Source of the DNA: Gemmatimonadales bacterium
Lineage (GTDB): Bacteria; Gemmatimonadota; Gemmatimonadetes; Gemmatimonadales; GWC2-71-9
Direction of reading: 5' to 3'
DNA length: 38,868 nt
NCBI GenBank assembly: GCA_013812695.1
Contig: JACCSZ010000180.1
Span: 1-38,868, forward strand
The notes beneath the pieces are model-generated. The model had not been told where the DNA came from, did not search any database, and saw only the letters and a list, made by a program, of their open reading frames with translations. Of the stretch, positions 32,461-38,868 are shown one piece after another. The stretch's first letter is position 1, and the number at the start of each line of letters is the position of its first letter. The position numbers were made by a program, and so were the translations under genes.

Positions 32461-33525
32461 TCAGGTGGCGACGTGCCGGAGGAGTCGCACCACCGACTGC
32501 TCCTCCGGCCTCAACGCCGAAGCCGCCGCCGACTTCGGCGCCCCGCCGTTCTGCAGCGCCTCGTGCAGCGTGCCGGCCTGGTAGGTGTCGAGCACCGCGG
32601 GGTGCACGTAATACTTCCGGCACACCGCGCGAGTGTTGTTGAGCCGCTCGGCCACCTGATCGATCGCCTTGAGGATGGCGGACTTGGCCTCGCGCTCCGA
32701 GGGGGCGGGGCCGAGCGCCTCGAGTGCGGCCACGGCCTGCAGTGTGCCGGCCCAGGTGCGGAAGTCCTTGGCCGTGAAATCCTCGCCGGTGAGCTCGCGC
32801 AAGTACTCGTTGACGTCCCCCGAGCCGATCGCCAGCCGCCCGCCCTCGTCGTCCTCGTACTGGAACAGGTCCGCCCCCGGCAGCGCCTGGCAGCGCGCCA
32901 CGATCTTCGCGAGCCGCCGGTCATTGAGCGCCACCCGATGTGTCTTCCCGCTCTTCCCCCGGAACTCGAACCGGAGCTTCGATCCCGAGATCTCCACGTG
33001 GCGGTCCTGCAGCGTGGTGAGTCCGAAGGAGCGGTTGGATCGCGCGTACTCGTCGTTGCCGACGCGGATGGCGGTGCACTCGAGGAGCCGCACGACGGTG
33101 GCCAGCACCTTCTCACGCGAGAGGCCTGGCTTGGCAAGGTCCTCGTCCACCCGCGCGCGGAGTCGAGGCAGCGCGTCGCTGAAGCTGAGCATGCGGCCGA
33201 ACTTGGTCTCGTCCCGCACCTCCCGCCACCGGGAGTGGTACCGGTACTGCTTCCGACCCCGCGCGTCTCTGCCCGTCGCCTGAAGGTGGCCGTTGGCCGT
33301 CGAGCAGATCCAGACGTCGGTATACGCGGGGGGGATGGCGAGGCTCCGGATGCGCGCGAGCGTGACCTTGTCGCGTACCGCCCGGCCATCGGAGCCGACG
33401 TAGCCGAAGCCGGTGCCCGACCGGCGGCGCCGGATGCCCGCCGACGCGTCGCTCACGTAGCGGAGCCCGGCGGCCTGGGCGGACGCCATCGGGTCGGGCG
33501 AATGCGTTGGCTTGCGGCGTGGCAT
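32461..33525 (-). CDS. DNA topoisomerase IB (bacterial/poxvirus-like)
   Basis: LAIPPAYTDVWI, GRDARGRKQYRYH, IRVGN, FRGKSG, TAKDFRTW, LNNTRAVCRKYYVHP give the R-K-R-N-Y catalytic set. Confidence 0.93.
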   Translation of the reverse strand: MPRRKPTHSPDPMASAQAAGLRYVSDASAGIRRRRSGTGFGYVGSDGRAVRDKVTLARIRSLAIPPAYTDVWICSTANGHLQATGRDARGRKQYRYHSRWREVRDETKFGRMLSFSDALPRLRARVDEDLAKPGLSREKVLATVVRLLECTAIRVGNDEYARSNRSFGLTTLQDRHVEISGSKLRFEFRGKSGKTHRVALNDRRLAKIVARCQALPGADLFQYEDDEGGRLAIGSGDVNEYLRELTGEDFTAKDFRTWAGTLQAVAALEALGPAPSEREAKSAILKAIDQVAERLNNTRAVCRKYYVHPAVLDTYQAGTLHEALQNGGAPKSAAASALRPEEQSVVRLLRHVAT

Positions 33526-33694
33526 GGACTCTCAGCTTAGCGTCTGCCGTGAGAGCGTAAGGTGACGCCAGTCACAGGGTTGCATAAAGATTCACCCCGC
33601 GGACCCCCTCTACACTCCCCGGCTTTCCCCCGCTAGCTTCGGAAGCGTTTCGGGCGACCGATGTCGCCCGCACAGCCTTCGACTAGGTGTCACC

Positions 33695-34630
33695 GTGATC
33701 ATGCGACAGGGCCTGCTCTGGCTGTCCGAACGGCAGGGCGTGTTCAACTTCGTTCGCAGCAACGGTCTGACCCGCCGGTTCGCCTCACGGTTCGTGGCCG
33801 GCGAGTCGATCGACCAGGGCGTCGAAGCGGCGCGCGAGCTGGGCCGCCGGGGCATCACCGCCTCGCTCGACCTCCTCGGCGAGAGCGTGGCGGAGGAAGG
33901 GGAGGCGGTCACCGCGCGCGACCAGTACCTCAGGATGCTGGACCGGATGGCCGCCAGCGGAGCCGAGGTGAACGTCTCGGTCAAGCTGACGCAGATGGGT
34001 CTCGACATCTCCGAGCCGTTATGCGCCGCCAACATGGGCGCGATCCTCGACAAGGCCGCCGCGCTGCAGGGCTTCGTCCGGCTGGACATGGAAGGTTCGG
34101 ACTACACTCAGCGCACGCTCGATTTCTTCCGCCACCGGCTGTTCGACCGCTTCGGCGCGCACTCCGGGGTCGTCATCCAGTCGATGCTCCGCCGCTCCGA
34201 GCGGGACATCGAGGATCTGATCGCCATGCAGGCGCGCGTCCGGCTCTGCAAGGGCGCCTATCTCGAAGCCCCGGCCGTCGCGTTTCCGGAGAAGGGGGAC
34301 GTGGACAAGAACTACGTCCGGCTCATGGAGCGCCTGCTGCTGGCCGGCAACTATCCCGGGATCGCCACGCACGACGAAACCATCATCGCGCACGCGCGCG
34401 ACTTCGCCCGGCGGCAGGGCATCGCGGCGGACCGCTTCGAATTCCAGATGCTCTACGGCGTGCGGCGCGACCTGCAGGAACGGCTGCGGCAGGCCGGATA
34501 CCGGCTCCGGGTCTACATCCCCTTCGGAACGCAGTGGTATCCTTATCTCATGCGACGGCTGGCGGAGCGACCCGCCAACATCGCGTTCTTCCTCGGCAAC
34601 ATGGTGCGGGAATCGGTCCCGGGACGATGA
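33695..34630 (+). CDS. Monofunctional proline dehydrogenase
   Basis: RFVAGE, LDLLGE, SVKLTQMG, RLDMEGS, RLCKGAY, IATHD, EFQMLYG, YLMRRLAERPAN. Start is GTG 33695 or ATG 33701. Confidence 0.92.
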   Translation: MIMRQGLLWLSERQGVFNFVRSNGLTRRFASRFVAGESIDQGVEAARELGRRGITASLDLLGESVAEEGEAVTARDQYLRMLDRMAASGAEVNVSVKLTQMGLDISEPLCAANMGAILDKAAALQGFVRLDMEGSDYTQRTLDFFRHRLFDRFGAHSGVVIQSMLRRSERDIEDLIAMQARVRLCKGAYLEAPAVAFPEKGDVDKNYVRLMERLLLAGNYPGIATHDETIIAHARDFARRQGIAADRFEFQMLYGVRRDLQERLRQAGYRLRVYIPFGTQWYPYLMRRLAERPANIAFFLGNMVRESVPGR

Positions 34631-34941
34631 GCGAGCTGACGCTGGGCGGGTACATGGCCAAACACGAGCGCGCCGCGGCCTTCGGCGGCAGCGACGGCCA
34701 GGCGTACTCGGTGGCCATCTACGTGGACGATGAGCCCGACCTCCGCGGCCGGTACGGCGCGGCGTTGCTGTTCGTCCGCTGGTCCCCGGGCGGCGACCAG
34801 CCCGTCGGCCACGTGGAGAGCGAGCTGCTGGCCTGGGGCAGGAGCGGGGCCGAAGCCGAAGAGCGGCTCCGGGCGCTGTCGCTCTATGACGTGAAGGCGG
34901 CGCTGGACGAGGCCATCGCCCGCGCGCCCTCGGAGTGGTGA
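34627..34941 (+). CDS. Hypothetical protein (104 aa)
   Basis: MSELTLGGYMAKHERAAAFGGSDGQAYSV...LSLYDVKAALDEAI. ATGA overlap upstream, overlap with rsgA downstream, coding-like codon usage. Confidence 0.75.
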   Translation: MSELTLGGYMAKHERAAAFGGSDGQAYSVAIYVDDEPDLRGRYGAALLFVRWSPGGDQPVGHVESELLAWGRSGAEAEERLRALSLYDVKAALDEAIARAPSEW

Positions 34942-35843
34942 CGGCGCTCCTGGGCACCGTGCTCGAGCGCGATGGTTCGGTGTACCGCGTCGCGACGGCC
35001 GACGGGCTGGTCCGCGCGATCCTCACCGGGAAGGCCAAGCGCGACACGACGCGCGTCGTCGTCGGCGACCGGGTGCGGCTCGAGTCCGACCCCGAAGCCG
35101 ACCTCCACGCGATCGTCGGCGTCGAGCCGCGGACCGCCCTGCTCGAGCGCCGAGTCCCCGAGGGCCGGGGCGCCCGGCCGGTTGCGGCCAACATCGACCA
35201 GGTCTTCGTCGTCACCGCCACCGTCGACCCCGCCCCGATCCCCCAGCTCATCGACCGCTTGCTGGTCGTCGCGGAGGCCAACGAGATCGCCGCGGCCGTC
35301 GTCGTCAACAAGGTCGATCTGGATCCCGGCGCCGCGCTGATCGAGCGTCTGCGAAAAGCCGGCTACGCGGTCTATCCGGCCAGCGTCCGGACGGGGGAAG
35401 GGATGGCGGAGTTCGCCGCCGCGCTGGCCGGCCGGATCTCGGTGGTGACGGGCCCGTCCGGCGCCGGCAAGTCGAGCCTGCTCAATCGCGTGCAGCCCGG
35501 CCTGCAGCTTCGCACCGCCGAGATCAGCGCCAAGGTGAAACGGGGCAAGAACACGACCGTATCGGCGGTCATGCTGCCGCTCGAGGCGGGTGGGTATCTC
35601 GTGGATACGCCGGGATTCAGCGAAGTGGGACTCTGGGGGATCGATCCGGGGCAGCTCGACACCTGCTTCCCCGAGTTCCGTCGGTTCCTCGGTGACTGCC
35701 GCTACGCCGACTGCCGCCATCGCTCGGAGCCCGGCTGCCGGGTGCGCGAGGCCCTCGACACCGGTGCGGTCGCCCGAGATCGGTGGGACAGCTATCTGGT
35801 GCTGCTGGAGGAGCTGGAGAGCGCGCCGGAGGAGTGGGAGTAG
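34935..35843 (+). CDS. rsgA: Ribosome small subunit-dependent GTPase A
   Basis: OB-like VVGDRV, AANIDQ, circularly permuted NKVD...GPSGAGKS...DTPG, Zn finger CRYADCRHRSEPGC. Confidence 0.93.
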   Translation: MVTALLGTVLERDGSVYRVATADGLVRAILTGKAKRDTTRVVVGDRVRLESDPEADLHAIVGVEPRTALLERRVPEGRGARPVAANIDQVFVVTATVDPAPIPQLIDRLLVVAEANEIAAAVVVNKVDLDPGAALIERLRKAGYAVYPASVRTGEGMAEFAAALAGRISVVTGPSGAGKSSLLNRVQPGLQLRTAEISAKVKRGKNTTVSAVMLPLEAGGYLVDTPGFSEVGLWGIDPGQLDTCFPEFRRFLGDCRYADCRHRSEPGCRVREALDTGAVARDRWDSYLVLLEELESAPEEWE

Positions 35844-35857
35844 GATGGAAGGCGAAA

Positions 35858-35876
35858 GACGGAACGTCGTTCCGTC
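35858..35876. terminator. Palindrome between convergent rsgA and the MazG-like gene (possible bidirectional terminator or stabiliser)
   Basis: GACGGAACG-T-CGTTCCGTC; no long U-tract. Confidence 0.4.
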
Positions 35877-35879
35877 GTT

Positions 35880-36203
35880 CTACCGTTCCCCCCTCCGCGT
35901 CCACCGATCCCCATCCCGCGTCTCCACCTTCGCCAGCATCCGCTCGAACGCGGCCTGCAGGTCGATTCCCTCGCGGTTGGCCATGCAGACGAGCACGAAC
36001 AGGATGTCCGCCATCTCCATGGCCAGATCGCCCTCGGGCTCGTCGTGCTTCTTGGTCTTCTCCCCGAACCGGTGGTTCACCTCGCGTGCGAGCTCGCCGA
36101 CCTCCTCGGTGAGCCGCGCGAGGTTGGTGAGCGGATGGAAGTAGCCCTCCTCGTACCGGCTCACCCAGGCGTCAACCCGGCGCTGTGCCTCGGCGAGCGA
36201 CAT
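35880..36203 (-). CDS. MazG-like nucleotide pyrophosphohydrolase (YpjD-like)
   Basis: GYFHPLTNLARLTEEVGELAREVNH, EMADILFV, RDGDRW. Start is 36203 or 36221. Confidence 0.9.
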   Translation of the reverse strand: MSLAEAQRRVDAWVSRYEEGYFHPLTNLARLTEEVGELAREVNHRFGEKTKKHDEPEGDLAMEMADILFVLVCMANREGIDLQAAFERMLAKVETRDGDRWTRRGER

Positions 36204-36240
36204 GCCGCCGGAGTGCGTCATCCCTTCGGCGAGCGCCACG

Positions 36241-36807
36241 CTAGCGCGCGGCGCCGGCCGCCGCAACCGCGGCCTCGCGGCCCGGGCGTCCGGACGCCAG
36301 GGCGCCGATCAGCGCGCGCATGAACTGCGGCAGGTCGGCGGGCGTCCGCGAGGAGATCAGATTGCCGTCGACCACCACGGGGCTGTCCTCCCAGAGCATG
36401 CCCGCGTTCACGAGGTCGTCCTTGATCGCGCCGACGCTCGTGCCGCGCTTGCCCCGCACGATCCCGGCCGAAATCGGGACCCAGCCCGCGTGGCAGATGA
36501 AAGCTACCGGCTTGCCGGCGTCGTAGATCCCGCGGGTGAGCTCGAGCAGCTTTTTCGATCGGCGCATGATGTCCGGCGCATAGCCGCCGGGGATGACCAA
36601 GCCGTCGAATTCGCCGGCATCGAGGTCGTCCACGTTCGCGTCGACCGTGAGGGGATACCCGCGTTTGCCCTGGTAATTGCGCTCGCCGGTGCCCGCGACG
36701 AGCGTGCGGGCGCCCTCCTCCTCCAGTCGGATCTTGGGATACCAGAGCTCGAGATCCTCGTAGAGTGGCCCGGCGAAGAATAGAATGGTCCTGTCTGACA
36801 GTGACAT
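36241..36807 (-). CDS. DJ-1/PfpI family protein (type 1 glutamine amidotransferase-like)
   Basis: YEDLELWYP, IPGGYAPD, FICHAGW nucleophile elbow, VVDGNLISSRTPADL. Confidence 0.9.
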   Translation of the reverse strand: MSLSDRTILFFAGPLYEDLELWYPKIRLEEEGARTLVAGTGERNYQGKRGYPLTVDANVDDLDAGEFDGLVIPGGYAPDIMRRSKKLLELTRGIYDAGKPVAFICHAGWVPISAGIVRGKRGTSVGAIKDDLVNAGMLWEDSPVVVDGNLISSRTPADLPQFMRALIGALASGRPGREAAVAAAGAAR

Positions 36808-36860
36808 GGGATGCGGCCGGGCTGAGGGTGGGCGGGAACTGGTCTGTGCCTCTCCAAAGG

Positions 36861-36866
36861 TATAAT
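36861..36866 (+). promoter_or_regulatory. Consensus -10 hexamer in the divergent pfpI / hypothetical gene spacer
   Basis: Perfect TATAAT, rare at this GC content; -35 is weak. Confidence 0.45.
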
Positions 36867-36907
36867 GTTTGACCGCCGGTGCAGGTGACCCTCACTTCCG
36901 TCGATCC

Positions 36908-37156
36908 ATGTCCATGCGCACACGTGACCGCATCCTGGGGAATCTCGAGGCGCTCTACCGCGAGTCCTACGACCGGGCCAAGTCGGCCGGTGACGGCGGC
37001 CGGATGATCGATCTCGACAGTGCCTACATGCGGGACCAGCTCATGCTCGAAATCCTGCTCGACATCCGCGACCTGTTTTCGGTAGCGCCGGCGGCGTCGG
37101 GCGGGAGCGCGCTCGAGAAGCTCGAAGCGATTCGCCGGCTCACCAAGCTGCGCTGA
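36908..37156 (+). CDS. Hypothetical small helical protein (about 82 aa)
   Basis: MSMRTRDRILGNLEALYRESY...RDQLMLEILLDIRDL...LEKLEAIRRLTKLR; strong GC3 bias. Confidence 0.75.
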   Translation: MSMRTRDRILGNLEALYRESYDRAKSAGDGGRMIDLDSAYMRDQLMLEILLDIRDLFSVAPAASGGSALEKLEAIRRLTKLR

Positions 37157-37166
37157 GAGGCCTCCC

Positions 37167-38858
37167 ATGAGCTTGACGCCCCCGCTTCCTGGCGCCCTGG
37201 GCCTGCTGGCGCTGACCGCGCTGGCCGCTTGCGGTCGCACCACCCCGCGCGCGGTGGCGGGGGCAGCGCCCGACCTTGTGGTCTATGGCCGGGTCTGGAC
37301 CGGCGACTCCGCCCGCCCCTGGGCGGAGGCCGTGGCGGTGTCGGGCGACACGGTGCGGGCCATCGGCGACAGCGCCGCCATCTCCGCGCTCGCAGGCCCG
37401 TCGACGCGCGTGCTGGGCGCCGGCACGGGAATGGTCGTGCCCGGCTTCATGGATGGGCACCTCCACTTCACCGACGGCGGCTTTCAGCTCGCCAGCGTGG
37501 ACCTCCGGCCCGCGAACTCGCCCGAGGAGTTCGTCGCCCGCCTCAAGGCCTATGCGCTCGAGCGCCGGCCTGGCGAGTGGATCCTCGGCGGCAACTGGGA
37601 TCACGAGCGCTGGCCCGGCGCGCCGCTCCCCCGGCGCGAGTGGATCGATTCGGTCACGCCGGACAACCCGGTTTTTCTCTACCGGTTGGACGGTCACATG
37701 GGTCTGGCCAACAGCGCCGCGCTCAAGGCGGCGCGCCTCGGGCGCGACACGAAGGACATCGCGGGCGGTGTCATCGTCCGCGACCCCAGCACGGGCGAGC
37801 CCACCGGCGTCCTCAAGGATGCCGCGATGGCGCCCGTGGATCGGGCCATCCCTCAGCCCACCGACGCCCAGCGAGACGCCGCATTGCGCCGCGCGCTCGC
37901 GTACGCGGCGTCGAACGGCGTGACCGCCTTTGCGCACGTGAGCGTGGTGCCGGCCGACCTGGGCACCTACCTCCGCGCCAAGGCGGCCGGCGCGCTCACC
38001 GCCCGCGCCGCGCTCTATTTTCCGCTCGAGACCTGGCGCGCCGTGGCCGACACCGTCGCCCGGCTCGGCCGCGGCGATGATTGGGTGTGGATCGGCGGCG
38101 TGAAAGGCTACGTGGACGGCTCGCTCGGCTCGACCACCGCGCTGTTCTACGCCCCGTACGCCGACGACCCGAAAACCAGCGGCGTGCTGGTCACGCCCGA
38201 GGATTCGCTCCGCGCCTGGATCGGCGCGGCGGACTCGGCGGGGCTGCAGGTCGCGGTGCACGCGATCGGCGAGCGCGCAAACGGGCTCCTGCTCGACATC
38301 TACGACAGCGTGGCCCAGGCGCATGGCGCGCGCGACCGCCGCTTTCGCATCGAGCACGCCCAGCACCTCCGGCGGCAGGATATCGACCGGATCGCCCGTT
38401 TGGGCGTGATCGCGTCGATGCAGCCGTATCACGCCATCGACGACGGCCGGTGGGCCGAGAAGCGGATCGGGCCCGAGCGGATCAAGACGACGTATGCGTT
38501 CCGCTCGCTGCTGGACCGCAACGTTCGGCTCGCCTTCGGCTCGGACTGGACCGTGGCGCCGATCGAGCCGATCCTCGGCATTCACGCCGCGGTGACCCGG
38601 CGGACGCTCGACGGCAAGCACGCGGCGGGGTGGATAGCCGAGGAAAAGATCGGGGTGGAGGAGGCGCTCCGGGCCTACACCAGCGGCGATGCCTACGGCG
38701 TCTTCGCCGAGCGGACTCGTGGGCGGCTGGCACCCGGCTACAAGGCGGACCTGGTCCTGCTGGATCAGGATCTCACCCGGATCCCGCCGGACGCCATCGA
38801 GCGGACGACGGTGCGGGCGACGGTGGTGGGGGGACGTGTCGTGTACCAGGCGCGGTAG
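37167..38858 (+). CDS. Amidohydrolase_3 (YtcJ-like) metal-dependent hydrolase, predicted lipoprotein
   Basis: Lipobox LAA-C, PGFMDGHLH, DGSLGSTTA, VAVHAIGE, RFRIEHAQ, FGSDWTV, G.LAPG..AD. Confidence 0.9.
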   Translation: MSLTPPLPGALGLLALTALAACGRTTPRAVAGAAPDLVVYGRVWTGDSARPWAEAVAVSGDTVRAIGDSAAISALAGPSTRVLGAGTGMVVPGFMDGHLHFTDGGFQLASVDLRPANSPEEFVARLKAYALERRPGEWILGGNWDHERWPGAPLPRREWIDSVTPDNPVFLYRLDGHMGLANSAALKAARLGRDTKDIAGGVIVRDPSTGEPTGVLKDAAMAPVDRAIPQPTDAQRDAALRRALAYAASNGVTAFAHVSVVPADLGTYLRAKAAGALTARAALYFPLETWRAVADTVARLGRGDDWVWIGGVKGYVDGSLGSTTALFYAPYADDPKTSGVLVTPEDSLRAWIGAADSAGLQVAVHAIGERANGLLLDIYDSVAQAHGARDRRFRIEHAQHLRRQDIDRIARLGVIASMQPYHAIDDGRWAEKRIGPERIKTTYAFRSLLDRNVRLAFGSDWTVAPIEPILGIHAAVTRRTLDGKHAAGWIAEEKIGVEEALRAYTSGDAYGVFAERTRGRLAPGYKADLVLLDQDLTRIPPDAIERTTVRATVVGGRVVYQAR

Positions 38859-38868
38859 CGCTCGAGGC

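Noticed and set aside
32461-33525. Topoisomerase IB as evidence of a prophage or viral insertion
   Set aside because: Bacterial TopIB is widespread, codon usage matches the host, and no phage genes are nearby.

Overview
GC-rich (roughly 70% by eye) bacterial chromosomal window with about 37 genes and gene fragments. Gene content and style (Ser/Thr kinase-TolB-like-TPR protein, Ig-like/cupredoxin lipoprotein, fused E2-E1 2-oxoglutarate dehydrogenase, FadI/FadJ) suggest Gemmatimonadota, which is inference only. I found no rRNA, tRNA, CRISPR array or transposase. Most genes are housekeeping or metabolic: M61 peptidase, DAACS symporter, tal, tkt, kgd/odhA, glpD, fadIJ, proline dehydrogenase, rsgA, MazG-like protein, PfpI, amidohydrolase and topoisomerase IB. 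The most striking locus is 6674-13038. A CarH-type adenosyl-B12 photoreceptor-repressor with all signature motifs heads crtI-crtB. These are followed on the same strand by a single dynamin-like GTPase resembling chloroplast FZL, which is translationally coupled to a CruD-like carotenoid-glycoside acyltransferase and a DUF2269-like membrane protein. This is a candidate light-controlled carotenoid plus membrane-remodelling system. Other observations: three copies of a GTCATCCTGAGCG REP-like palindrome, a probable CTG start for tkt, a stand-alone HNH gene with its own promoter, structured leader and terminator, leaderless marR and antitoxin genes with candidate operators, two gene remnants (YVTN propeller and AraC HTH), an unannotated 28-aa ORF, and a head-to-head gene pair only 15 bp apart.
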